Part shown: positions 24,467-37,962 of the stretch, piece by piece
Numbering within the stretch: the stretch's first letter is position 1
How the letters are laid out: the number at the start of each line of letters is the position of its first letter
Assembly (NCBI RefSeq): GCF_004010195.1
Contig: NC_057736.1
Coordinates: 30,313,586-30,377,585 of the forward strand
From: Chiloscyllium plagiosum
Lineage: Eukaryota
Direction of reading: 5' to 3'
DNA length: 64,000 bases
Program-made: the position numbers and the translations under genes
Notes under the pieces: generated by a model
Databases searched by the model: none
What the model was told of the DNA's origin: nothing
Seen by the model: the letters and a program-made list of their open reading frames with translations, nothing else

Positions 24467-27400
24467 ATGTGGGCAAGAGTTGGAGCTGCAACAGCAGGAG
24501 CAGGTAAGTTCTCTGCAACCGCACAATCGTTATTTAAAACTATGAGCATGTAGAGTCTCAGGGAAGATGCTACTAAGGCTTATCTAGCTCTATCATACTA
24601 GTATCTCAAAAGTGTCAAAACATCATAATGAGAACTAGATTCCCTATTGCATCGCCAATTCCGAGAAGCCCAAAGGCAGGTTATGGTCTGAGGACTGGCG
24701 TTCAAATCCAACCATGGAAGACTGTAGAATTTGAAATTTCTTTTAAAAGTCTGGAATTAAATGATCCTGAAACCACTGCTGTTGTAAAAACTCATCTCAT
24801 TGACTAATGTCCTTCAGAAAAGAAAATCTTGCTACCCTTGTCTGATCTATGTTTGACTCCGGATTCATAGCAATTCCCTCAAAAATGGCCTTGCAGAGCA
24901 CTCAATTTTATTTAAGCACTAAGAAGCCTAAAACAAAAGGGAACTGGACGGACCACCTGACATTAACCAAGGCTTTGGAAATTCAGCTGTGTCACACCAG
25001 CTAAGACCTCCTGACCAACATTCACTAACACGCAGGCTAAGATAAAAGGTAGGGAGGAGGGACTTGGGGGAGGGGTGTTGGAAATGTGATAGGTGGAAGG
25101 AGGTTCACCTTAACCCCCTTCCACCTATCGCATTTCCAACACCCCTCCCCCAAGTCCCTCCTCCCTACCTTTTATCTTAGCCTGCTTGGCAAACTCTCCT
25201 CATTCCTGAAGAAGGGCTCATGCCCGAAACGTCGATTCTCCTGCTCCTTGGATGCTGCCTGACCTGCTGCGCTTTTCCAGCAACACATTTTCAGCTCTGA
25301 TCTCCAGCTTCTGCAGTCCTCACTTTCTCCTATTCACTAACACGCATTTGGCTAGTGCCAATGTTGAGGGAAATGTCTCGCAGACTAGGGAGCCCAACCA
25401 GTCACGCTCGTGAATATTCATTGTCATACTCCTAGAATCACACCTTACAAACAATGTTCCAGATATCACCCTCTCCATTTCCAGTAAGGCGGCGGCACTG
25501 TGGTATAGAATTGGGATGGGTGGGATGGGGTTTTCCTGACACGCTTCAACATTGACTCCAGATCCCAAGACACCTTGTGGCATCAAGTCAAACATGGGCA
25601 CAGAAGCATCCTGATGCTTGCCACACACAGCACCCCTGCCCCTTCACCCAGCTTATGAATCCATACTCCTCTTTGTTGAGCACCACTTTGAGGAGACACC
25701 GAGGGTGAGAAGGGTGTAGAATGTACTCTGAGTATGGTACTTCAATGTCATCACCATGATTGGATCAGCTGCATCACGAATGAACAAGCTGGTCAAGTAT
25801 GTTGCCCAATTTTCTCCCTCGACAACAGTTATTAGCTCAGTACAAAGAGGACAAGAGTCAAGTCTATATCAACTAACCTCTGCCTTTATTAGTTTAGTTA
25901 AAGCAGACATAAAATTTACTCCATTTGGTTAGAAAAAGGTTAACAGCAAGCAACTTATCACTACATACTGAGCTTGGTGTTCCCAGAACAGTCAGCAAAA
26001 TAAAAGCTAATACCCAAATTTAGAAGATTACACTGGCTGGGCACTTCTTCTGGGTCTGGGGGGGGGGGTCTTCCCCAGACCCAGGTGTGGGTTGCACTTG
26101 GCGAAGGTTGCTCTCTGGGGTTTTCACTGATGGCACATTGAAGTCCTTCACTTTTATCCTTTTCCCTTATCTTTCCAAACTGTGGTGTTTTGTTCTTGTT
26201 GGCTCCTCAGCTCATCTGAGAGCCTATTGTTTTTCCAGTATAGGCTCACTTCGAGGACACCTTTAGGATTTCCTCATTATTCTTCCACCAAATAAGAATT
26301 TCCCTCTTCTGGCATTCCTCAGAGCTGAACCAGCTCAAACCAGCCCAAGTAAGCAGCTAGGGCTCAGATAACTTCAGTTCAGAGCTACTGTCTTTATGTG
26401 TGAGCAGCCTCTGGCCAATAAGTCCTAAAGGGTATAGCAGCTACAGTGAATCTGCAGCAGGTGGGTGAGGGAATCAATGACAGAGAAAAACATAGTTGAC
26501 CTCGTCCTCATCAACCTACCTACCATAAATGCATCTGGCCATTAGAGTAATAGAAGGAATGACTACCACACAGTCCTAGTGGAGACAAAGTCCTATCTTC
26601 ACATTAAGGATATCCTCCAGCATGCTGTGCGGTAGTATCACTGTGCTAAATTGGAACACATCTAGTAACTCAGGACTAGGAATCATCAACAGCAGAATTG
26701 TGCTGAAATACATCAGCAATCACATGAACCGGCATATCCCCCTGTACTAACATGAACATTAAGTCAAGGATCGTCCTAATTCAATGAAGAGTTCAGGACA
26801 GCATGCCAGGAATAGCACCGAGAAAGGTCTCAACCTGGTGAAGCTACAAAAGATACCATCTTCAGCCAATTTGATTCATTCCACATGATATCAAGAAATG
26901 GTTGGTGGTCCTGGATACTGCAAAGGCTGTTGGCCTGGACAATATTCCAGCAATAATACTGAAGACATGTGCTTCAGCACCCCTAGCCAAGCTTTTTCCA
27001 CCCAGCTACAATACTAGCATCTACCCAACAACATGGAACATAGCCCAGGTATTTCCTGTACACAAAAAAGCAAGGCAAATCCAAACTAGCCAATTATTGA
27101 CCCATCAGTCTACTCTTAATCATTGGTAAAGGGATGGAGGTGTCATCATTCTCTCTTCTTAGGAACCTTTCTCAACCGTCGAAGACCTTCCCATTCACAG
27201 TCTCAATTTCCCCCTGCAGCAATTCTCCCTCTCACAGACCCTCATGTTTTCCACACCATCTCTTTCTGCTTTGGAGCCTCACTCTGATTTTAGCATTGCT
27301 GTTCCCCTCATGGCCTCTTTGTCAACCCTCTTCCATTCCTGCCTGACCATCACCTGATGACCACTCACCCCACCTACTCCAGCTTCCCCAACCCTCACTT

Positions 27401-28432
27401 CCTCTCTAACTCACTTGGCCCTTGAAATCACCATCTTAATAACCTTCCACCCTCTTGCTGCCCACCAACTTTCATGTGTTCCCCACCCCACCCCTTTCAC
27501 ACAGTCCTCCATGCTACAGCAGCTTTTTTCCCACCCCTGTAGATCTCCTCCATCTGACTACCTCCTGAGGATCCCTATAGCTTCTTTCTCCCTTTGCTGC
27601 CTCCCATCCCTTTTTCTGTTTCCTAATCACTGTCTCCTCCCCCATCATGGTCACCCAGTATAGACTTACCCATTGGCGGCCTTGATCCGCTTAATTTTCG
27701 CTGCCCATTTTTCTCTGCAACCCCCCCCTCCCAGCACCCTCCTCAATGTGTGGTATTGAAATGGGGATGTATTATCTTTCAGTTATAACCATTGCTGCTG
27801 CCCCAGTGATTCTGGGAGCTGTGGGATTTACCAGTGCTGGAATAGCAGGAGGCTCCATTGCAGCAAGTATGATGTCTTCAGCAGCTATCGCCAATGGGGG
27901 AGGAGTAGCTGCTGGAAGTCTGGTGGCCATCCTTCAATCTGCCGGTAAAATCCGCTGATAAGTAATGGATATTTCTCAGCATTTCTTCTTCAAAGCCTCA
28001 TTGATAAAGTTTGACACTTTGCATTTATGATAGTATGAAATAATATTTTATTGTCTCTCAGTGTAGACTTAACTGAAGCTAGGTGATATTTTTGCAATAA
28101 ATATTAATGCTACATATGTTTTAACCTCAACAACGTGCCAGTGATATATGGGTTGGTTTTGTTGTGAATGCTCATAAAAAAAATTATTATTTAACAAGTT
28201 TTAGTGTGGAATCTATACTTCCCCAGAATATTATTTAGATCAGAATTATCAGAAATGTTGATTATTGATAAATTCAGGACATGTCATGTTGATGCCCTTT
28301 CTTTTCCTGTTCTTTGCAGGGGCGGCTGGAATCCCAGTAGCTGCCAAAGTTGGACTGGGAATGTTAGGTGCCTCTTTGGGGTCATTGGCAAAATTTCCAA
28401 AACAAACTGTATCTAAAAACAAACAAAATTAA
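24467..28432 (+). CDS. IFI27: ISG12/IFI27-like gene copy 2, complete 103-aa model (exons 24467-24503, 27783-27944, 28320-28432)
   Basis: All introns are GT-AG, phase 1. Protein: [103 protein letters not shown], with the canonical ISG12 motif. AATAAA at 28490-28495. Symbol is family-level. Confidence 0.9.
25035..25331. mobile_element. Penelope-derived insertion with 5' fold-back and 15-bp target site duplication
   Basis: TSD attcactaacacgca at 25020-25034 and 25332-25346; ~70-bp inverted arms centred near 25108; hammerhead core at 25206-25233. Confidence 0.85.
25201..25238 (+). ncRNA. Minimal type I hammerhead ribozyme motif (Penelope-associated)
   Basis: attc-CTGAAGA-a-gggc(tcat)gccc-GAAA-cGTC-gatt: conserved core, 4-bp stem II, palindromic stem III. 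Confidence 0.7.
25800..26420 (-). mobile_element. Probable solo LTR inserted in an old LINE
   Basis: TGTTG...CAATA ends and a reverse AATAAA near 25885; interrupts a LINE endonuclease-like sequence that resumes at ~26421. Confidence 0.35.
26421..27140 (+). mobile_element. Old CR1/L2-group LINE fragment
   Basis: [21 protein letters not shown]...PLAKLF...[12 protein letters not shown] is an RT N-terminal motif; same family at 28570-29030, 45150-45590 and 58620-59360. Confidence 0.75.
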
Positions 28433-29049
28433 ATGGATATTCTGTTTTCCATTCTGAATATCCAGGAAGCAAAATGTTAACTGCAATTCAATAAAGATAC
28501 TGCATATTCCAAAATAGCTTTGACTGTTTTTCCTTCCTACATATTACAATGTGAAAAATATTATTCAGAAGCCAGTTATATAAATACCAAGTCAGAGCTC
28601 TGGGTTGACTAAATCACATCCTGACTCCCCAAAACCTGTTTTCCATCTACAAGACAGTAGTTGAGAATGTGTTGGAATACTCTCCATCTGCCTGGGAGCA
28701 TGCAACTCCAACAACACTCAAAATGCTCAACATCATGCAGTGCAAAGCAGCTCATTTGATTGACACCCAATCTAACCCCTTCAGCATTCTCTCCTTTCCC
28801 CACTCACTGATATACAATGGCAACTATGTACTGCCTAAAAGATGCACTGCAGCCTTAAACAGCAACCTTCAAATGCATGACCTCAACAACCAGGAAGGAC
28901 AAGGGTAGCAGATACATGGTAACAGCATCACCTGTAAGATTCACTTGAAGTCACACATCATCCCGACTTGGAAATATATCATTGTTCCTTCCCTAGGGCA
29001 AAATCTGTGAACTCACTGCCTAACAGCATTCATGATTTGGAGTCATTCA

Positions 29050-29470
29050 TGTAGAACTCTGAACTCAAAAACTGCATGAATTCATGTAAAACTCCGTTAT
29101 CTCACTTTTTAGATTAGAATCAATCTAAACATCATGGCATAGACAGAGAACACCGTGGCTAACACCTTCAACATATTGTCTAGCTTTCACCATTGTTAAC
29201 AGCTAACCTGAGAATGCAACTTTTTTAAAAAAAGGTTTTGTGATTTACACATGAAAGAAGTGAAACCATCATGGTATTCAAACAAATGAAAGACTTAACA
29301 GACAATCAATTTTTTAAATGATAATTTCAGTTACATCACACTGTAAATTTTTGCTATAAATTCTGTGTGTTAGGAATGAGCCCCCCACTATCACCTGATG
29401 AAGGAGCGACGTTCCGAAAGCTAGTGTGCTTCCAATTAAACCTGTTGGACTATAACCTGGTGATGTGTGA
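29050..29470 (+). mobile_element. Penelope 3' end/pLTR with hammerhead motif at 29390-29428
   Basis: Reverse-complement homolog of 14783-15230; cac-CTGATGA-a-ggagc(gac)gttcc-GAAA-GCTA-gtg. Confidence 0.75.
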
Positions 29471-30261
29471 TTTCTTTTAAACTCCTAACAGCATTGTGTG
29501 GGTACTTACATGAAATGGGCTACAGCGGTCCAAGAAGACAGCTCACCACCACCACCTCCAGGAGAAAGTGAGGACTGTAGAAGCTGGAGAGTTAGAGTCA
29601 AAAAATGTGATGCTGGAAAACCACAGCAGGTCAGGCAGCATCCAAGGAGCAGGAGAGTCGACCTGATGAAATAAGTCTGATGAAAGGCTTCTGTCCAAAA
29701 TGTCAACTCTCCTGCTTCTCGGATGCTGCCTGACCTGCTGTGCTTTTCCAGCACCACACTTTTCAACCACCACCTCAAGGAATGCTGAGGTAGCCTGCAA
29801 TATCCACATCTTAACTATTAGACAGCAGTTTACCACAAACTCCAACATCCAGATCAACAGCACCCAGTTTCCCATACAAATCTAGCCACAAATTAATCAC
29901 TTTTTTTTTGGATTATTGAGCTTTAGTAGCAGTTTTTCTGAGGAATTCATAATGATTTCTGGCCTAAGTGTGTGTTATCAGAGTGCATTTATTTGGAAAT
30001 ATGGTAGCTGCTTTAGAGAGGAGGGACATCTTCTTCCCAATGTGTCACCTGGTTTGTAAATTTAAGGGTTTGGATAAGTGAACTGTTCAAAATAATTTTC
30101 ACTTCAGTTGAACTTTTGATCCATAGCTACATTTTAGGGACAGTATGACAAATTATAAAATCAGCCCTCCAACACATTTATGTCTTTAGAAGTTTTATAT
30201 CTTCCACACCCTGTGAGCATATTGTATTCTTAGATGGTTGGTAATGTCTGATGAAGGTTTG

Positions 30262-30445
30262 AGGAAATAAAACTGAAACTAATGGTGCAGGTTTGCTTTC
30301 TTGAATCAACCTGTTCAGAGATGTTATTACTCACCTCTGAAGTAGATGGGACTTGGACTCAGGCCTCCTGGCTCAAATGTAGGGACACTACCACTGCATC
30401 ACAAAGACCCCTGGTTTGATGTCTTGAATCTCGGCTTCATTGGAA
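30262..30445 (+). promoter_or_regulatory. ISRE-containing promoter paralog, split by a SINE insertion
   Basis: gaggaaataAAACTGAAACTaatggtgcaggtttgctttcttgaatc aligns to the intact promoter at 42682-42727; after the SINE, cttcattggaatgtgataacaaa aligns to ctttcattgaaatctggtataaaaa. Confidence 0.65.
30308..30412 (-). mobile_element. Short tRNA-derived SINE with target site duplication
   Basis: Reverse strand reads ggggtctttgtgatgcagtggtagtgtccc...; flanked by ggtttgctttcttgaatc (30290-30307) and ggtttgatgtcttgaatc (30413-30430). Confidence 0.7.
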
Positions 30446-32039
30446 TGTGATAACAAATTCAACAGTGAAATAAACAAATGCCATCTTTTGGGTTCTCTAC
30501 TAAACTACAGTTATGAAACCCTGGAGCCAGTCTTGACTTACTAATTTGAGAAAAAGTCTTTGCTGTGAAGACCAGTCAAAATCGAATGAGTCGCTCATTG
30601 AGTGTCGTAAGTGTGCTTAAAGGTAGATGTGGAGCAGGACTTGGTAATCAGAACTGTTTACTGAAGGTTGTAAATATGTACAAAGCAGGAAGGGATCCTG
30701 GAATGACTGTGCTGGACTATGTCCTGACATGCAACCTGATGTCACAAGTTGCCTTATTTTTACTTTCTGCTGTTTTGGTAAATCGAGCATTAGGGAATAG
30801 CAGACTCTTCTTGGTTTGGTACCTGCATTTCACCAAACGTCAAGTTACTCCCCAAGACTATCAGTAGTTCAGTTTCTGTCTTTGGACACCTCTAACACCT
30901 CTACTAGGTGATAATCAAGACATTTGGAAGAAATTTCTAATCATGATTCACTACAGTAAAGCTGCTCTACTCTTTGCACTCTTGATCATGCAATAAAATT
31001 TGCAGGATCTGGCATGCACTGGTTAACAGAAATAATGTGATGGCAACTATTGCCAGTTATTAATGTACTTTTGAAATCAAATGACCAACAGGGTGAATAC
31101 CACAACAGCAAGTGATCATAAATGAAGAATGTTCTGAAGACAGGTCACTGGATCCGAAAGTGGAAGTGGAGCACATTGCAGATTTCAGTTGGTGAAGCAT
31201 AAGATTCCACATTGTATTCTGCTAAATAATGCAGACTTCACTGTATTTCTGTAATAATTACATATCGTTTCTTCCATGAGTGGCAGGCATCATTCACTAT
31301 TGATTGCCCTTCAGAATGTTATGGTGAACTCGGAGACAAATATAATCTCAATGCTGTTAGGAAGGCAGTTGCAAGATTCTGACCCAGCACTAATGAAGGA
31401 CTGGTGATATAATTCTACATTAGGATATTCATCAGTTCAACACCAATATTACCACAAAATCCAGGTGCATTTCTTTTCATATTTTTGTCACTCAGGACTT
31501 CATTGCTTGGGTGGTGTTCAAGCTGATGACTGATGCTTTCCTAGGTGGCAAACAGTAACACTCCCAGTCTGTCTCCCTTTTCCCTGTGAGGTAACTGTTC
31601 TCTCCATAAATTTATCTCTCTGTAATTTTTCTGAAGTTAAACAGTTATTTCATGTTCATTGGATTCTGCATAGGTCAGAGACGGGTTCAAATTAGTTAAT
31701 TAAAGATATTGATCGATGTCAAACTGCAAACAGTCTGGTGAACTAATTGTTGGGTGAGGCTTCATTGATAAGATATATTTCAGAACTCAGTAGAAGCAAG
31801 TGCGAGCAGTTGATTGTGTAATCTTGCACAGCCAGCAGATGCTTATAAGCTCATGACTGAAGTTGCAGTGATTGCTGCTCTTGAGGTCAATGAGAGAGTT
31901 TCGGTGAGTGTCAGGAGCATTTCCTACTGACGGGTCAAGCAGCAGCTGTGACTGTCTTGCAAGGAAGGAATCCGGTAAGAATTTGTGTTTTTGCTTTCTA
32001 TTGGCAGCATATAAAACAGAAGCAAACTGTAATAGGTGA

Positions 32040-34940
32040 GGCCATTTTGGGCAGGGCTGTGAGGTTGAAGTGCTGCTGTTGAGGGCAAAGTATGGGCTTT
32101 GGTGAGAATTCGACATCGCTGAGGAGAGTGAGCAGCACCAAGGTATGGCAAGATAAGGTTGAATCCAGTAGTTACTAGAGCAGTAGGAATGGCTGTTAGT
32201 GGAGTTTGTGAGATGTGTGAAATCAGGGAGAAGTCAAATGTCCCTCTGAGACTGTGTCAATCAGTTGAAACAGAAATCAGACTCACCCGAGGAGCTGGCA
32301 GGAGGCAGAATGTTTTATAGATATGAGCTTCAGGGATGGTGATGGCCAGCTAGATGGCTGACCACCAGGTGAGGGAGGCAGGCAGTTCAGGAGTTCCCTC
32401 TAACTGTTCCCCTCTCGAAGAATTATGCCATTTTGGATACAATTGGCAGGATGGCTTCTCAGGGACAAGCAGCAGCAGCTGGATCACTGGTGCCATGATT
32501 GGCTCTGACTCTGTTGTACAGCAGGGAAGCTCAAAGTGTACATGAGCTGTAGCGATAGGGGACTCTACAGTCAGGGGCACAGGTGGGTGTTTCTATGGCT
32601 ATGAGCGAGACTCCAGCTGTCAATGTCGAGAATGTCTCTGAGCAGGCACAGGACACTCTGAAAGGAGAAGTTGAGCAGCCAGGGGTCGTGGTCCATTTTG
32701 GTATTAACGACACAGGTAGGAAGAGAAACGAGGTCCTGCAAAGGGAATTTAGGGAGTTAGGTAGAAAGTTGAAGACTTTCTCTAGGCGTGTAATCTGTGT
32801 GCCACTGGACACTGGAACTAAGAAGACGATACAGTTCAATGAGTGGCAAAAGGACTGATGTCGAAGGGAGAGCTTTAGATCTGGATCATTAGGATCTCTT
32901 CCAGGACTGCAGTGAACTGTACGAGAAAGTTCTGTAACACCTAAACTGGAGGGCCATCAATATCCTTGCAGGAGCACTTGCTAGTGTCATTCGGAGGCTT
33001 TAAACTGGTGTGGCAGAGGAATGGGAACCAGTGCAGAAGGTCGTCATGTGGAGTGATTGAGGAGAAGGTCGAGTTTAATTCAAGTTAGTTAAATAGGAAG
33101 AACAGGCAAGGCCAGATTAATGAACATGGCAGAACTGGCAGTCTGAAGTGAATTTATTTTAACACAAGGAGTATAACAGGTAAAGCAGATGAGTTTAGAG
33201 CTTGGATTAGTACATGGGACCTGATGTTGAAGCCATTTAATAAACTTGCTTGAGAAAGGCAGGAATGTGGTACCAGTATTTAAGAAAGGTGGTAAGGACA
33301 ACCCAGGGAACTATTGACCGGTGAGCTTGATATCAATAGTGGGCAAGTTGTTGGAGGGAATCCTGAGGGACTGGATTTGCATGCATTTGAAAAGCAAGTA
33401 CTAATTAGGGATAGGAGAAAGTGAGGACTGCAGATGCTGGAGATCAGAGCTGAAAATGTGTTGCTGGAAAAGCGCAGCAGGTCAGGCAGCATCCAATTCC
33501 AACGCCCCTCCCCCAAGTCCCTCCTCCCTACCTTTTATCTTAGCCTGCTGGACACACTTTCCTCATTCCTGAAGAAGGGTTTATGCCCGAAATGTCGATT
33601 CTCCTGTTCCTTGGATGCTGCCTGACCTACCGCGCTTTTCCAGCAACACATTTTCAGCACTAATTAGGGATAGTCAGCATGGCTTTTTGCATGGGAAATC
33701 ATGTCTCAACTTAATTGAGTTTTTTGAAGAAGTAACAAAGCAGATTGATGAGGGCAGAGCAGTAGATGTGATCTATATGGACTTCAGTAAGGCATTCAAC
33801 AAGGTTTTCCATGGGAGACTGATTAGCAAGGTTAGATCTCATGGAATACAGGGAGAACTAGCCATTTGGATATAGAACTGACTCAAAGGTAGGAGACAGA
33901 GGCTGGTGGTGGAGGGTTGTTTTTCAGACTGGAGGCCTGTGACCAGTGGAGTACCACAAGGATCGGTGCTGTGTCCACTACTTTTCATAATTTACAAAAA
34001 TGATTTGGATGGTACAGTTAGTAAGTTTGCAGATGGCACCAAAATTGGAGGTGTAATGGACAGCGATGAAGGTTACCTCAGAGTACAACTGGATCTAGAT
34101 CAGATGATCCATTGGGCTGAGGAGTGGCAGATAAAGTTTAATTTAGATAAATGCGAGGTGCTGCATTTTGGAAAAGCAAATCTTAGCAGGACATATACAC
34201 TTAATGGTAAGGTCCTACGAAGTGTTGCTGAACAAAGAGACCTTGGAGTTCAGGTTCATAGCTCCTTGAAACTAGAGTTGCAGGTAGATGAGATAGTGAA
34301 GGAGGCATTTGGTATGCTTTCCTTTATTGGTCAGAGTACTGAGTACAGGAGTTGGGAGGTCATGTTGCGGCTGTACAGGACATTGGTTAGGCCACTGTTG
34401 GAATATTGCGTGCAATTCTGGTCTCATTCCTATTGGAATTATGTTGTTAAACTTGAAAAAATTCAGAAAAGATTTACAAGTATGTTGCCATGAGTGAAGG
34501 ATTTGAGCTATAGGGAGAGGCTGAACAGGCTGAGTCTGTTTTCCCTGGAGCGTCGGAGGCTGAGGGGTGACCTTATAGAGGTTTACAAAATTATGAGGGG
34601 CATGGATAGGATAAATAGACAAAGTCTTTTCCCTGGGGTCAGGGAGTCCAGAACCAGAGGACATAGGTTTAGGGTGAGAGGGGAAAGATATAAAATAGAC
34701 CTAAGAGGCAACATTTTCACGTAGAGGGTGGTACGTGTATGGAATGAGCTGCCAAAGGAAGTGGTTGAGGCAAATACAATAGCAATACTTTAAAAATACT
34801 TTTAATAGGCGCATGGATGGAAATTGTGGAGAGGGATATAGAAGAAATGTGGCCACTTGGAATAACCTTTGTGGGCGTCATAGTCAGCATGGCCCAGTTT
34901 GGACGAAAGGACCTGTTCCATGCTGCATCACTCTGACTCT
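32040..34940 (+). mobile_element. Deleted CR1 LINE with ORF1 esterase relic and ORF2 RT
   Basis: VVVHFGINDTGRKRNEVLQREFRELGRKLK (CR1 ORF1 SGNH esterase); QHGF, YMDFSKAF, SGVPQGSVL, FADGTK and LVRPLLEYCVQFW. Confidence 0.9.
33415..33658. mobile_element. Penelope-derived insertion with inverted ends and 15-bp TSD inside the CR1
   Basis: TSD actaattagggatag at 33400-33414 and 33659-33673; hammerhead core at 33569-33596. Confidence 0.85.
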
Positions 34941-34944
34941 ACGT

Positions 34945-36120
34945 GAATGTAGAAGCTGAAATTAGAAAGTTTGAAGATGACACTTTGAAGACGCAGTTGA
35001 TAGGAAGAAGAATAGTCCCAGTCTGGTAAATTGGACAGGGAATGGCAAATAGAAATTAAGGAAATACACAATAAATACTCAATTCCTGGGGAGTACTAAG
35101 GGGTCGTGGCGTACACGTCTATAGATCCATGAAGGGATTAGTCCAGGCAGACAGGTTGACAAAGCTTGCATCTGGGATGCTTGTCTTCATTGTCAGGTGT
35201 CGGGAGTGTTGTTCTGGAAAAGCAGAGCAAATCAGACAGCAGGAAAATCCGAGGAGCAGGAAAATCGACGTTTCGAGCATGAGCTCTTCGTCAGGAATGA
35301 CTGATAAGGAAGCTTTCTTTAAACATTGGTGAGACAACATCTGGAATATTGTGCGCAGTCCTGTTTGCCACACGGTCAGAAAAACATGATTGCATTGGAG
35401 AGGGTGAAAAAGAAACCCATCAGGATGTTGCGTTGGATGCAAAAAGGTTCAGTTACAAGGAGTGACTGATCGGCTGAGATTGTTTTCGTTGGAGCAGAGA
35501 GGCTGAGTGAGGAACCTGACCATGTTTCCAAAATTATGTGAGATCCAGACAGAATAGATTATGAGAATCTCTTTTCCATTGCATACTGTCATACACAAGA
35601 GGGTACAAGATTGAGATGAGTGTGGCGCTGTGGCTTCGTGGTTACCATTGCTATCTCACAGCGCCAGCAACCCGAGTTTGATTCCCACTTCGGGCGACTG
35701 TCTGTGTGGAGCTTGCACGTTCTCCGTGTCTGTGTGTGGGTTTCCAGTGGTTTCCTCCTACAATCCGAAGATGGGCAGTTCAGGTGAATTAGCGATAAAA
35801 AGAGGAATAGGGTGCGTGGATTACTCTTTTGAGGACTGGTTGGGTCAAATGGACTGTTTCCTAATTGTAGGTAATCTCATTTCATAAGGTGAGTTGGAGG
35901 AAATTTGATACTTTTTTTTTTAACCCACAGGAACGTTTGCCTGAGAGCATGGTGGAGGTAGACAATCTCACAAGAATGAAGAAGCACCTGAATGGGTAAT
36001 TAAAATTCCAGAATTTTGTAACTTATCGACCAGGTGCAGGGAAATGAGATTGGTGTAGTTTGCTGCTGGTTGTCTGCAGACATATCATGCGCTGAAGTGA
36101 CTGTTACTATGCAGTATGTC
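34945..36120 (+). mobile_element. Old CR1 3' fragment with nested Penelope-derived piece (~35205-35298) and degenerate SINE (~35622-35880)
   Basis: Decayed RT-tail nucleotide motifs and a SINE head gtggcgctgtggcttcgtggtta. Confidence 0.55.
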
Positions 36121-36139
36121 AATAAGATACAAAGACACA

Positions 36140-37040
36140 GACTGGATAAGGTTACAGAGTTCATAAGGGTTGCAGGGACAGGAGGAGGAAGCAGACATAG
36201 TATGTAGTGCAGGAAGAGGTTAATCAATTAGTGTTTATTAGAAGGATGGAAGAAGGTTGCAAGAATAGAAAGGTTGCAAGCAATTACAGATATAAGGATC
36301 GGTGTCAAGAGTGGGTGAGGATAGTGACATGGAGAGCTGTAGACAATGGATAAGGTTACAGAGTTAGCATCGTTTCTTCAGACTGAAGGAGGTAAGGAAG
36401 GACAGAAAGACAGCAGTAGGGACAGGAGGTGATTACCAAAACCAAGAGAATGTTGCATGAACATGGATAGTTTTAGCGGCTGCAGGAGATTACAGTTTTA
36501 TGACGGCTCGTCGTGATTGGAAGGAGTAGAGATGGGGAGCAATGTAGCAACCGGAGAAGGTTAGAGACAGAGAAGATTGTAGAGCCTGAATGAGTTGGCA
36601 GACATGGGGAGGGTCAAGGTGGCTTAAGAAGTTGGCACGAATACTGAGTGTACTAGAGACTGGAGCAAGTTACACGTGGAGGGAAAATGTAATGTTTGGA
36701 GAACTTTAAGCTGTTCAGGAGATTTCTATTAACGGTAGGAGATTACAGAAGTAGTGAGTTTCTGTGGGATGGGAGGAAAGAGTGTTGCAGGGGCGGGAGG
36801 AGGGTGCACAAATGAGGAAGGTTGTAGGATTTAACAGAGACTGGAGGCAATAGGAAAGATAGTGACTCCTGCAGTGATTCGAAAACGAGATTGCTGAGAT
36901 CGAGCATGTTTTAGATAGCGGAGCAAGTTAGAGAGATATGGAAAGTAGCCGGGACTGGAGGAAGTTACAGAGATTAGGACTGTTATAGAAGTTGGAAAGA
37001 TGAAACACAGAGGATTATAAAACGTGGCATAAGTACTGTG
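36140..37040. repeat. Purine-rich degenerate minisatellite-like tract
   Basis: Recurring ggttacagag/ggaagg...gactgga motifs at short spacing with strong G+A strand bias. Confidence 0.6.
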
Positions 37041-37962
37041 CTGAGGACAGAGAACAGAATAGAATAAAAAAATTAAACATTATTACCAGCCTGTCGTAAG
37101 AGGCCTGCTTTCACCTGTTGAACTGAGCTACGTTCCCCGGTATTCAGCTGACATATTTACTTTTAAGTAAAATGAATCAAAGAAGAAACCAGCCTTGCAA
37201 GCTTTAAGGCCGAAAGGAGCAACAGCAAACAAAGTATAACTACAATCCAGAAGTTCGCACAGTCCAGAAAACAGAAGACAATAAGATTATTTTGTAGACT
37301 GTGTTGGTTTGTGCAGGCAGACAGCTAATTCAAATCCACCTTGTCTAAATTCAAGCAATGACAAGAAAGCTGGGCTGCATGAAGAATGATGACCCAAAAG
37401 AGCTATCACAAAAAGAGGATGCCATCTACAAAATAGAAAACGAACAATAAGTACTGAGCTCAATGCAAAGCAGAATCGATATCAAATCCACCAAGATGGA
37501 ATAGAATGCCATGGATTATCTGGTCCAAGATTAAACAAAGGATGCAGTTATGCTACATAGATCCAGAAGTTGCAGAACCCGTTAGGCCAACTGTAAAAAT
37601 ATATCCAGCAGTTTGTAACAGGAGCTTACACAAAGTCAATTTTTTGGACTTGTGTGAAGCAAACTAGGACGTTCACTCAAAAATATGGAACATGATAAAA
37701 GATCAGCTGCATCCAATAGTTAACTTTGAGATTTACCAGGTGGTTAAAAATTTGTTACTGGAAATGCGCAGCAGGTCAGGCAGCATCAAAGGAGCAGGAG
37801 AATCGACGTTACACGCATAAGCCCTTCCTCAGGAATCAGGTGGAATTGACATCCCCAGGCAAAAGCTGCAGGAATCAATAGATTAGTCTGTCAATAAATG
37901 CATTAACACAAAGAAAGTGAGACCTCATTATCTCTCCAAATTCTCGAAGAAGCAGGACACAC

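Noticed and set aside
30480-31980. First coding exon of copy 3 (donors at ~30607, ~31903, ~31975)
   Set aside because: None gave an ATG-initiated phase-1 exon resembling ISG12 N-termini.
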